Shown here piece after piece: positions 29,979-38,477 of a stretch of 64,000 bases of DNA. The stretch comes from Desulfatiglandales bacterium (GTDB lineage Bacteria; Desulfobacterota; DSM-4660; Desulfatiglandales; Desulfatiglandaceae). Each line of letters starts with the position of its first letter. The stretch's first letter is position 1. Under the pieces are notes generated by a model. That model saw nothing but the letters and a program-made list of their open reading frames with translations. It ran no database searches and had not been told where the DNA came from. The translations under genes were made by a program, and so were the position numbers. The stretch covers positions 5,696,001-5,760,000 of the forward strand of contig OY759599.1 in NCBI GenBank assembly GCA_963662465.1. Reading direction: 5' to 3'.

Positions 29979-30428
29979 ATGGAAGTCATGAAAATGATGT
30001 TGGTTGACGATGAGGAGCGGTTTCTCTCCACCACGAAGAAACTGCTGTCGAAAAAAGGATTTGAGGTCATAACCGCGGCCAGTGGACCCGAAGCTTTGGA
30101 TATATTGAGAGCGCAAAATATTCATGTGGTCATCCTGGACGTAAAGATGCCGGGGATGGACGGCATCGAAACACTCAAAGCCATCAAACGAACATATCCG
30201 CTGGTTGAAGTGATTATGCTGACGGGACATGCCACCGTGGAATCGGCCGTTGACGGTTTGAAATCAGGGGCCACGGATTACCTGATGAAGCCGACGGATA
30301 TCGGCGATATCATTTCAAAGGCTACGGAAGCGTTTGAAAAACGACAAAGGATTGAAGACCGAATTCGGGTGGCCCAAGCGCGAAAGATCATGAAAACGCC
30401 AAGGGAAATCCTGAGGGAGACCACCTGA
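29979..30428 (+). CDS. Single-domain response regulator (receiver)
   Basis: LVDDE, ILDVKMPGMDG, MLTGHA and DYLMKP. Confidence 0.92.
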   Translation: MEVMKMMLVDDEERFLSTTKKLLSKKGFEVITAASGPEALDILRAQNIHVVILDVKMPGMDGIETLKAIKRTYPLVEVIMLTGHATVESAVDGLKSGATDYLMKPTDIGDIISKATEAFEKRQRIEDRIRVAQARKIMKTPREILRETT

Positions 30429-30451
30429 GTCTTATTTAGGGGGAGGAGCAA

Positions 30452-31360
30452 ATGGGAAAAAAAATACGTGTTCTGATGGTGGATGACGAAGAACAGTTTC
30501 GCTCCACCACAAGCAAAATTCTCACCCGGAGAGGGTATGAAACCACCGTTGCGGAAAGCGGTGAAGCGGCCATTCAGATTCTCAAAAAATCAAGCCAGGA
30601 TGTCATTGTGTTGGATGTGAAGATGCCCGGCATGGACGGTCATGACGCCTTGCGCAAGATTAAGCAAATCGATCCGAATGTTCAGGTGATTATGCTCACC
30701 GGACACGGGACCATGGATTCCGCAAAAAAGTCCCTCAAGGACGAGGCCTTTGATTATCTCAACAAACCCTGCGACATGGACCTGCTGGCGTCCAAAATTG
30801 ATGATGCCGTCAATGCCGTGAGCAAAGGGAAAAGAGAGGAAAAGAAAGCCGGGGATATCATGATCCCCCTTCAGGAATACACCACCATCCAGGCGGGCAA
30901 CACCGTCAAAGAAGGGATTGTCGCTTTAAAACAATCCTTTGAAAACGCTGTTTCCACCAGCCGAATCATGGAAACCGGGCATCGTTCCATTCTGGTCTTT
31001 GACGCGCGGGAAAACCTGGTGGGCATCCTGAGCATTCTGGACCTTATCCGTGCCGCACGACCGGCCTACCTGTCAGCGCCCAAACCCTCCATGGCGGACA
31101 GCATGCAGTACTCCACCATGTTCTGGAGCGGACTTTTCACCACCCAGACCAAAGCCTTGATCTCCAAACGGATTGAAGACGTCATGTCCGATGCGCCCAT
31201 CAGCGTCGATGAGGAAACCAATCTCATGGAAGTGGCCAATCTCCTGTATACGGAAAAGAGTCGGAGAATGGCGGTCACGCGAAAAGGGACTGTGGTAGGG
31301 GTTGTACGGGAGCAGGAATTGTTTTTCGAAATGGCCCGAATCCTGATGGAATCCGAATAG
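30452..31360 (+). CDS. Response regulator receiver fused to a CBS-domain pair
   Basis: N-terminal REC (VDDEE, LDVKMPG, LTGHG, KP). C-terminal CBS repeats (KAGDIMIP...LVGILS; IEDVMS...VVGVVRE). Confidence 0.88.
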   Translation: MGKKIRVLMVDDEEQFRSTTSKILTRRGYETTVAESGEAAIQILKKSSQDVIVLDVKMPGMDGHDALRKIKQIDPNVQVIMLTGHGTMDSAKKSLKDEAFDYLNKPCDMDLLASKIDDAVNAVSKGKREEKKAGDIMIPLQEYTTIQAGNTVKEGIVALKQSFENAVSTSRIMETGHRSILVFDARENLVGILSILDLIRAARPAYLSAPKPSMADSMQYSTMFWSGLFTTQTKALISKRIEDVMSDAPISVDEETNLMEVANLLYTEKSRRMAVTRKGTVVGVVREQELFFEMARILMESE

Positions 31361-31383
31361 AAAAATAGAAGCGAGGTGGAAAC

Positions 31384-33234
31384 ATGACAAAAGAAAAGCA
31401 AAAAGCCACCGGTTATGACAAATATGTAAACTGGAAACTCTTTTTCATTCCAGTCGTGTTGTTTTTTGCCATTCTGGTGTTGCCGACCCCCTACGGCATG
31501 AAGGATGTGGGGACGGAAGTCAAAGTGGGACCCCAGGCCGTGATCAATCTGATCACCACGGAACTGTTTGCCAAAAAGAACTGGGAGGCGTCCCAATGGG
31601 AACTGCTGACGGCACAGATTATGGAACAGAATATGTGTATGGGCGCCCTTTCAAAGAAACGATTTCTGAAAAGAGATCTCAAGTGGTGTAAAAAATACAA
31701 AATTCAGGCGGACGTCGAGAACATGAAAAAAGCAAACGCCTTTATAGCGGAAACCGTGGATGATACAGCTTTTGCCGATCTCATGAACCGGGCGGTAACG
31801 CTTCGAAAGGAAGGTCTGGTTTATGAAAACCTGACCGAAAAAGAGCGAAAGGCCGCGGACACGGGCGCATGGAACATCAAAGTGGCCGTTGCCATGATGG
31901 TGTTTGTGGTCTTCTGTTTCATGACCGAATGTATTCCCCTGCCGGGCGTGGCCTTCTGCATCGGCCTGATTCTGGTATTTACCGGCGTGGTGACCCGAAA
32001 AGAGGTGGCCATGCTCTACTGGGATGATGCCTGCTGGTTTATCATGGGCAGTCTCATGTTTGCCGCCGCCTTCGTCAAAACGGGGGTGGACAAGCGTATG
32101 TGTCTCATGATGTTTAAAAAGCTGGCGGCCCCCAGCACCCGGTGGGTTACCCTCATCTTTTTTATCATCATTACGCCATTGGCCGCTTTTATTTCCGACC
32201 ATGCCCTGGCCGCCATGTTCCTGCCCATCGGTATGCTGCTCTACCAGAACAGCCTCACCGACGAGATTCCCGAAGACAAGGAACTGGCCAAAATGCTCAT
32301 GATCGCCATTGCCATGGCCTGCAACATCGGGGGTCCGGGTGCGCCGTCAGGCGGCGCGCGTAACGTCATCATGATGACCTACTTAAACGATATGTTCGGT
32401 TTCGACATCGGCTACTTTCAGTGGGTGACTTATTGCTTTCCATTTCTCCTGCTGATGATTCCGGTGACCTGGTTCACGGTGAACTGGCGGTTCAAACCGC
32501 GCATCACCTCCCTGGCGCCGGCCATGAATCACCTGAAGAACGAGATCGGACGCATGGGGGGCTGGAACCGGAAACAAATATGGGCGCTGATCATCTTTGT
32601 GATCATGGTCTACGGCTGGTTCACGGAAAAGGCGTTTTTCGATTTGGGCATTTACCCGGTCCGCCTTGGGATCGGCGTTATCGCGGTGGCAGGGGCCGTA
32701 GCCTATCTCCTGGCGGGCGTCGTCAACTGGCGGGATTACCAAGAACGGGTGGACTGGGGCGTGGTGTGGCTCTATGCCGGCGCCATCATTTTCGGGCGAA
32801 CCCTTGACGCCACCGGCGCCGCCTACTGGATGGCCCGATCGGTCATTGACGGCCTGGCGCCCCTGGGAATGGACTCTGGGATAGCCCTGATGGCCACCTC
32901 AAACGGATTGACGGCCATACTTACCAACCTCATGGCGGATGGACCGGCCGCCGCGGCCGTGGGTCCCATCGCCCTCAATATGGCGGGTCTGGTTCACCCG
33001 GGCACCACTTTTCTGCCCTTCATGGCCATGAGTACGGCCATCGCCAGTTCCTTTGCCTATTGCCTGATCATCGGCACGCCGCCCAATGCCATTGTGTACG
33101 CCAGCGGGTATCTGGAACCCAAGGATTATCTCAGGGTGGGCGTTCCCATGTGGTTCTTTGCAAACATTCTCATTGTTCTTCTGACAGCCCTATACTGGAG
33201 CTTGAGGGGGTTTGGGGGATTGCCGGGGTTCTAA
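31384..33234 (+). CDS. DASS/SLC13 family sodium-coupled anion symporter (candidate sulfate or dicarboxylate transporter)
   Basis: 616 aa, polytopic. Motifs TECIPLP, AFISDHA, PSGGARN, VDWGVVWLYAG and GTPPNAIVY. Confidence 0.88.
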   Translation: MTKEKQKATGYDKYVNWKLFFIPVVLFFAILVLPTPYGMKDVGTEVKVGPQAVINLITTELFAKKNWEASQWELLTAQIMEQNMCMGALSKKRFLKRDLKWCKKYKIQADVENMKKANAFIAETVDDTAFADLMNRAVTLRKEGLVYENLTEKERKAADTGAWNIKVAVAMMVFVVFCFMTECIPLPGVAFCIGLILVFTGVVTRKEVAMLYWDDACWFIMGSLMFAAAFVKTGVDKRMCLMMFKKLAAPSTRWVTLIFFIIITPLAAFISDHALAAMFLPIGMLLYQNSLTDEIPEDKELAKMLMIAIAMACNIGGPGAPSGGARNVIMMTYLNDMFGFDIGYFQWVTYCFPFLLLMIPVTWFTVNWRFKPRITSLAPAMNHLKNEIGRMGGWNRKQIWALIIFVIMVYGWFTEKAFFDLGIYPVRLGIGVIAVAGAVAYLLAGVVNWRDYQERVDWGVVWLYAGAIIFGRTLDATGAAYWMARSVIDGLAPLGMDSGIALMATSNGLTAILTNLMADGPAAAAVGPIALNMAGLVHPGTTFLPFMAMSTAIASSFAYCLIIGTPPNAIVYASGYLEPKDYLRVGVPMWFFANILIVLLTALYWSLRGFGGLPGF

Positions 33235-33242
33235 AAAAGTTA

Positions 33243-33272
33243 TTAGCTGTTAGCCGTTAGCTAACAGCTAAC
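33243..33272. repeat. Short heptamer inverted repeat (hairpin) next to an RBS
   Basis: TTAGCTG TTAGCCG TTAG / CTAACAG CTAAC, immediately before AAGAGGAG. Confidence 0.6.
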
Positions 33273-33286
33273 AAGAGGAGTACACT

Positions 33287-33439
33287 ATGAAAGAGAGCAA
33301 TGCGGGTATCACCAAAAAAAAACTGTTTGTCCATGCCGGAGGCGTGACCCGGTTCGACAAGCAAACGGAACGGCGTATTTTTTTCATCCTGACCCTGATC
33401 ATGCTGGTTTGGGGAATCGTAACAAAAATCGGGTTCTAA
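33287..33439 (+). CDS. Small 50-aa single-TM membrane protein
   Basis: Below the ORF-track cutoff. AAGAGGAG RBS; MKESNAGITKKKLFVHAGGVTRFDKQTERRIFFILTLIMLVWGIVTKIGF; it fills the gap in the operon. Confidence 0.7.
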   Translation: MKESNAGITKKKLFVHAGGVTRFDKQTERRIFFILTLIMLVWGIVTKIGF

Positions 33440-33470
33440 GGTATCCGATAGAATAAGGAAAAAGTGGACC

Positions 33471-34040
33471 ATGGAATTAGAAGCCTGTAATCAAAGAGAA
33501 GACCGGATTGAATCGGAGAACACCTGGAAATTTTCTTTAATGTTTTATTTTCAGACACTCACCCGACTTTTGAGTTCGTCGGGGAGATTCTTTACCGAAC
33601 TTCCGGATAATGTATCCATGAGACCGGCCCTGGGGTGCCTGCTGATTTCCAGTCTCTTTTTCGTGGGCGCCGATCTGACCCAGCCCCATGACCGCCCCCT
33701 GTTAATGGCCATTATAGGATTCACCAATGCCCTGGTCATGTGTTTTATTTCCGCGGCTGTGGGTTTTGGCGCCATGACCATGACCCTGGGGCGGCGCGTC
33801 TCTTTTCAAAAGTTCTTTTCCGTTTATGCCTTTGCCGCAAGCGTTACCCTGCTGGCCGCCTGGATACCCTTGTTTGTATGGCTTACGGAACCCTGGAAAT
33901 GGGTGCTGATTGCCGTTGGGTTAGTTAAGGGGTGTGGATTACGCTGGTTTCAAGCCGTTATGGTGATCGGCATTTCCATTTTTGTTCTGGTTCTGTTTTT
34001 CTGGTCACTCGGCCCCGTTATCGTGTATATCCGGGGCTAA
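33471..34040 (+). CDS. YIP1-family membrane protein
   Basis: LLSSSGRFFTEL followed by about 5 TM helices; SFQKFFSVYAFA is a YIP1-like pattern. Confidence 0.72.
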   Translation: MELEACNQREDRIESENTWKFSLMFYFQTLTRLLSSSGRFFTELPDNVSMRPALGCLLISSLFFVGADLTQPHDRPLLMAIIGFTNALVMCFISAAVGFGAMTMTLGRRVSFQKFFSVYAFAASVTLLAAWIPLFVWLTEPWKWVLIAVGLVKGCGLRWFQAVMVIGISIFVLVLFFWSLGPVIVYIRG

Positions 34041-34069
34041 AGTGAAAATAAGATAAGGAGGAATTCATC

Positions 34070-34747
34070 ATGTTAGTCAAAAACTGGATGAGTAAAACAG
34101 TGATCACCGCAGACATCAACGACAGTATGCAGGATGCCGTGAAGCTGTTGAAGCAGAATAACATCTCCATGCTGCCGGTGATGAAAAACGGCAAACTCGT
34201 GGGTATCGTGACGGATCGGGACCTGAAAAGGGCCTCCGCATCCGATGCCACCACCCTTGAAGTGCATGAACTTCTTTTTTTGATATCAAAGATCAAGGTC
34301 AAGGAGATCATGACGGAAAATCCTGTGAGTATCCCCATTGATTTTACCGTGGAGGAAGCCGCCGAGGTTCTCCTGGAGAAAAACATTTCCGGCGCGCCGG
34401 TGGTGGATAAGACAGGCAAAGTCGTCGGAACCATCACCAAGGGGGATATGTTCCGGGTGCTGATCGCCCTGACGGGTGTGGGGAAGCGGGGCATACAGTT
34501 TGCCTTCGAGGTGGAGGATCGCCCGGGCTCCATTCAAGAACTGACCGACGTGATACGGCATTATGGCGGCCGCATGGTCAGCATTCTAAGTACCTACGAA
34601 CACGTTCGAAAAGGCTATCGAAAGGTGTTTATCCGCATGTATGGGGTCGATAGGGACAAGCTCCCCCAACTGGAAAAAGATCTGGGAGAAAAGGCGAAAT
34701 ATCTCTATCTGGTGGATCATCGTGAAAACCGGCGGGAAATTTTTTAG
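34070..34747 (+). CDS. CBS + ACT domain protein (AcuB-like)
   Basis: MLVKNWMSK...LVGIVTDRDLK...VKEIMT CBS pair; ACT motif EDRPGSIQELTDVI; AAGGAGG RBS. Confidence 0.88.
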   Translation: MLVKNWMSKTVITADINDSMQDAVKLLKQNNISMLPVMKNGKLVGIVTDRDLKRASASDATTLEVHELLFLISKIKVKEIMTENPVSIPIDFTVEEAAEVLLEKNISGAPVVDKTGKVVGTITKGDMFRVLIALTGVGKRGIQFAFEVEDRPGSIQELTDVIRHYGGRMVSILSTYEHVRKGYRKVFIRMYGVDRDKLPQLEKDLGEKAKYLYLVDHRENRREIF

Positions 34748-34842
34748 GGTGTTTGGACAATTCCCCTGCTTTTTTTAGGGAATGGGTCTGTTATTTCGGG
34801 CTCATCCCTGAAGCAGGGAATCTTCCTGTTGGGGGGTGTCCT

Positions 34843-35244
34843 TTGGAAAAGGGAAATGAATTTACCATTCTGATTGCCGATAGAAACCCCCATGTCAGGG
34901 CGTTTTTACAGCGTGAAATGATGGCTGAAGGCTATCGGGTCTACCTGGCAAAAAACGGCCGGGAGGTGTTGGAGTGGATCTATCATCACGGGCCTCTGGA
35001 CCTGGTTGTTCTCGACGTGGATTTGCCGGATGCCGACGAGATAGCCTTGCTGGAAAACCTCAACGATCGAATACCCCTGTTGCCCGTGGTGGTGCATGCG
35101 TTTCCCACGGATTTTTGCCCTCACGCCACGTCTCTGAATAAGGTTTCCTTTGTGGAAAAGCGCGGCAACAGTATTGAACCCCTCAAGAAAACCGTATCCG
35201 CTTTACTGAAAAATATGCACTATGAAGAAAAGGAGCAGACTTAA
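34843..35244 (+). CDS. Atypical single-domain receiver protein
   Basis: ILIADRNPHVR...LDLVVLDVDLPD...LPVVVHA...FVEK. Start uncertain (TTG 34843, or 34753 as in the track). Confidence 0.7.
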   Translation: MEKGNEFTILIADRNPHVRAFLQREMMAEGYRVYLAKNGREVLEWIYHHGPLDLVVLDVDLPDADEIALLENLNDRIPLLPVVVHAFPTDFCPHATSLNKVSFVEKRGNSIEPLKKTVSALLKNMHYEEKEQT

Positions 35245-36645
35245 ATGAAAATAAAATGGTTATTGTGGATTTTAATGCTGTTGGTCCTGTGTTTGGGTAT
35301 CTCTCATACGGCATTTTCGGCCGTTGACAATGAAGAACTGCTTAAAAAGCTCAATAACCTGACGAGTACCCTGCAAAAGCAGCAACAGGAAATTGAGAAT
35401 TTGAAAAGGGCACTCCGGGAACAACAAAAGAGTACGGAGCAAGTGGGAGAAGCACAGAAAAAAATGATTGAGACGGCAGTCAAAACCGAAACCGAAAAAA
35501 CAGAAAAATCCTGGACCGCTCGCCTACCCAAATGGACCCGGAAAATCAAGCTGTCGGGGGACCTGCGACTTCGCTATGAAAGGCTCTGGGATCGCGAAAT
35601 GTTGAATGCAAATGGAACCCCGGGAAAACAGGATCCCCGAGACCGAGGGAGAATCAGGGTAAGGCTTTTTCTGGATGCACCCATTACCGATGAAATCAGC
35701 ACCCATGTTATGGTCACCACCAATATGTCAACGCATCAGGAGGCGACCACCACCAACGTCACCTTTGGGGAAGACTTCAACGACAAGGGAATATATCTGG
35801 CCAGAGCCTACGCCGAATATGCGCCTAACTGGTTGAAAGGCCTAAAGTTGGGAGGTGGCAAGTTTAAAAAGAATTTCGTCCAGACCGACATCATGTGGGA
35901 TACGGACGTAAACCCGGATGGCGCGTATGAATTATACCGCTATACAGGCTCGGACATCATTCAGCCGTTCGTTTATCTGGGGCAGATGGTACTCAATGAA
36001 AACAATCGCACCCCGGATGCCATGCTCTATTTGCAGCAGGCCGGTTTTGACTGGAACGCGGGTCCGGTGAAGGTGCTTTTGGCAGGCAGTTACTATAGCT
36101 GGAGCAACCTGAATGGGACTAAATGGATGTATTCGGGAGATTACAACAGTGGTGGGGGCAATTCCTTTGTGGTGGACCCAGCCACGGGCGATACCCAATT
36201 CGAATATGGCTATAAGCTCTGGGAAGCCATCAGTTATATTCGCTTCAATGCCGGGCCTTATCCCGCTGAAATTTATCTGGATTATGTATACAACGCGGCC
36301 GACGGAGTGCCCAACAATGAGAATAAAGCCTACAATTTCTCTTTCAAAATTGGAAACGAATGGAAAAAAGGCGCCTACTCCTTCTATTATAAATACGCTT
36401 ACATTGAACAGAATGCCGTTCTGGGCTCTCTGAACGACCAGGATTTTTATGGGGCAAACCGGAAAGGCCACAAGGTGGCCGTTCATTTCTGGCCCTGGAG
36501 TTCAGTACTCTTGAGAGCTGCATTTTTCTACACCGGTCCGGTCAGCGACTGGAAAACCGCGGCGGAAGGGAATCCCCTTTGGAATACGGACCGCTACCGG
36601 GAACACGAAGATCGACTTCAGGTGGATTTTATCTTCAAGTTTTAA
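35245..36645 (+). CDS. Putative outer-membrane porin
   Basis: Signal peptide, coiled coil, KLSGDLRLRYE, WDTDVNPDG and a C-terminal LQVDFIFKF beta-signal. Confidence 0.82.
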   Translation: MKIKWLLWILMLLVLCLGISHTAFSAVDNEELLKKLNNLTSTLQKQQQEIENLKRALREQQKSTEQVGEAQKKMIETAVKTETEKTEKSWTARLPKWTRKIKLSGDLRLRYERLWDREMLNANGTPGKQDPRDRGRIRVRLFLDAPITDEISTHVMVTTNMSTHQEATTTNVTFGEDFNDKGIYLARAYAEYAPNWLKGLKLGGGKFKKNFVQTDIMWDTDVNPDGAYELYRYTGSDIIQPFVYLGQMVLNENNRTPDAMLYLQQAGFDWNAGPVKVLLAGSYYSWSNLNGTKWMYSGDYNSGGGNSFVVDPATGDTQFEYGYKLWEAISYIRFNAGPYPAEIYLDYVYNAADGVPNNENKAYNFSFKIGNEWKKGAYSFYYKYAYIEQNAVLGSLNDQDFYGANRKGHKVAVHFWPWSSVLLRAAFFYTGPVSDWKTAAEGNPLWNTDRYREHEDRLQVDFIFKF

Positions 36646-36657
36646 CGTATACCCCTT

Positions 36658-36680
36658 ATTCCTACGCTCTGCGTGGGAAC
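36658..36680. repeat. REP-like hairpin, TTCCCAC...GTGGGAA family
   Basis: ATTCCTACGCTCTGCGTGGGAAC just after the porin stop; a related copy lies at 45749-45778. Confidence 0.6.
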
Positions 36681-36749
36681 GGATTGAAATAAACAGCTCT
36701 GAATTTTATCGACCGATAAAACAAAAAAATCGACATCCTTTATTTTCAG

Positions 36750-36777
36750 GTAGAGACAAGGCATGCCTTGTCTCTAC
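36750..36777. repeat. Perfect 28-bp REP palindrome
   Basis: GTAGAGACAAGGCATGCCTTGTCTCTAC. Confidence 0.88.
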
Positions 36778-36834
36778 AGATTTGGGGACACCTTTTATTG
36801 ATATCGCAGTTTCATGCTAAAACATATACATAAA

Positions 36835-36956
36835 GGCTCATCGTGGATTTGCGTGAGATTTGGCTTCTGAGCCGATTGTAGGTGCGACTTTAGTCGCACC
36901 TACAGCCCGAACCAAAACAACCCAAAGCGCGATTTCACGTTAATCCGCAATGAACC
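36835..36956. mobile_element. 122-bp MITE with 25-bp imperfect TIRs and 8-bp target-site duplication, carrying a REP palindrome
   Basis: Left TIR GGCTCATCGTGGATTTGCGTGAGAT versus right TIR (reverse complement) GGTTCATTGCGGATTAACGTGAAAT, 19/25 match. TACATAAA flanks both sides (36827-36834, 36957-36964). Internal palindrome TGTAGGTGCGACT-TT-AGTCGCACCTACA at 36877-36904. Confidence 0.8.
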
Positions 36957-37056
36957 TACATAAATAAGGGATCTCATTATGACAGCAGAATTAACACAAA
37001 CAAAAGGCTGATCTTGACATTTACGAGATCTGTTTGCCAATGAATCTGGAGGACTC

Positions 37057-37390
37057 CTTACTTATTTTTTGAGTATATTTCCGAAATTAAGTGGGGTGTC
37101 TTAGAATCGAACGAATTTGTTACAGTTATTATTTTTTTTTAATTATATAAAATTAATCATAATAATAAAGAATTTAAAGTTTGTTTAAAAATAAAATAAC
37201 CACTTGATTTTATAAACTATATTTTCTTAACTTGGCTATAAAACAGTAATCTGCTTCTTTCAGAAAACAGTTTTTAGTATTACCTTTTTTGATTTTTTGA
37301 CAAAGTTTGATATGAAATAAACAGCTATAAATTTTATCGGTAGTCTCAAGCCAGGATAAAATGTTTGGGCTTGGTCCTAACTTCGTCCAC
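37057..37390. repeat. AT-rich non-coding direct repeat, copy A1
   Basis: Aligns by eye with 40107-40420 from CTTACTTATTTTTTGAGTATATTT to GGCTTGGTYCTAACTTCGKCCAC. A partial third copy lies at ~36687-36727. Confidence 0.88.
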
Positions 37391-37397
37391 TCGCACC

Positions 37398-37563
37398 TCG
37401 CGACTGAATTGGCAAGCCTCTGATGCAGAGCCCTGTAAAAGCGTAAATCATATTATTCCTGTTGCTTATTCATATTATGTCATGCCCTTTCAGGGCTCAA
37501 CGATTCTCGCAACCTGTTCCCAGGGCGTTGCCCTGGGCTAGTATGTCACGGCCCTTTAGGCCT
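37398..37563 (-). repeat. Composite REP-like element B1 (GCCCTGAAAGGGC / CCCAGGGCAACGCCCTGGG family)
   Basis: Its reverse complement aligns with 40500-40665; a shorter copy lies at 38385-38428. Confidence 0.82.
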
Positions 37564-37673
37564 GATCAATCTCCGTGTAATCGAACATAGCCCCTATCTT
37601 CCTTCGTCCTTCATTAAAATTGGAAAAACGATTTATCAAGAAAGTATAAATTTGTATGAAGGAAACCCATAAT

Positions 37674-38281
37674 TCATTGAAAAACCGTAAACCGGCAACT
37701 GTGAACGCTTACCAATTGCCGAACTATATCCTTTGCCCTGATGGAAGCCCGATAGATCTCCTTCAAAGATTCGCTTGCGGGATTTGAATCGGGAACGTCA
37801 TCAAATACCAGTTCAGCATTTCCGAGAATAATGGCCAAGATATTATTGAAATCATGGGCAATCCCCCCGGCCAGGGTCCCGATGGCTTCCATTTTCTGGG
37901 ACTGCTGGAGCTGGGATTGAAGTCTTACTTTTTCTTCTTCCGCCCGCTTGCGCTCGGTGATGTCACGACAAATGCACATCATCGCAGGCCGGCCATCCCA
38001 GATGACCTTCTGCGCACTCACTTCAGTCGGCAGGTGATCTCCGGATATTGCCACCCGGGCGGTATGAGGGCCATTGTGTCCCGAGCTATCTCTTCAAATG
38101 AGACCCCGGGTCTTTCAATAAGTTTGGAGATGGCATAAAGACAGCTCAGGTCTTTGACACGCTCAGCCAGGACATGGGCCTGTTTTCTCATCTCCAGATC
38201 CAGGCGCTTTAACTCGGTGAAATCACGGATCGATGCAAAAACGGATACGGTGCGCCTCTTCAATATCCGGCGAGGGTCCAT
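37674..38281 (-). pseudogene. Fragmented PAS/GAF histidine kinase remnant
   Basis: Two out-of-frame pieces. One reads ERVKDLSCLYAISKL...IPPGWQYPEITC; the other reads RDITERKRAEEE...QKMEAIGTLAGGIAHDFNNIL...RAKDIVRQL and ends before any HATPase domain. Confidence 0.82.
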
Positions 38282-38384
38282 TGTCGTTCCAATCCGCCCC
38301 CGCAGCTAACAGGGCCTCTGCGCGGCGTCGGAGGGTCTATTTCGCATCATCCATCTTGTACTCAATCCTCACATCTCTTATCTC

Positions 38385-38428
38385 AGCCCTGAAAGGGCGT
38401 GACATATTAGCCCAGAGCAACGCTCTGG
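38385..38428 (+). repeat. Short copy of REP-like element B
   Basis: AGCCCTGAAAGGGCGTGACATATTAGCCCAGAGCAACGCTCTGG. Confidence 0.72.
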
Positions 38429-38477
38429 ATATTATGGACCTACGGTGAAAATTTGCACCATTGCCTGAACAATGTTG

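Noticed and set aside
33314..33322. A9 tract in the microprotein (and the A-run at ~62235-62243) as phase-variation sites
   Set aside because: The first is in frame as Lys codons and the second is explained as a terminator U-tract; there is no evidence of variability.
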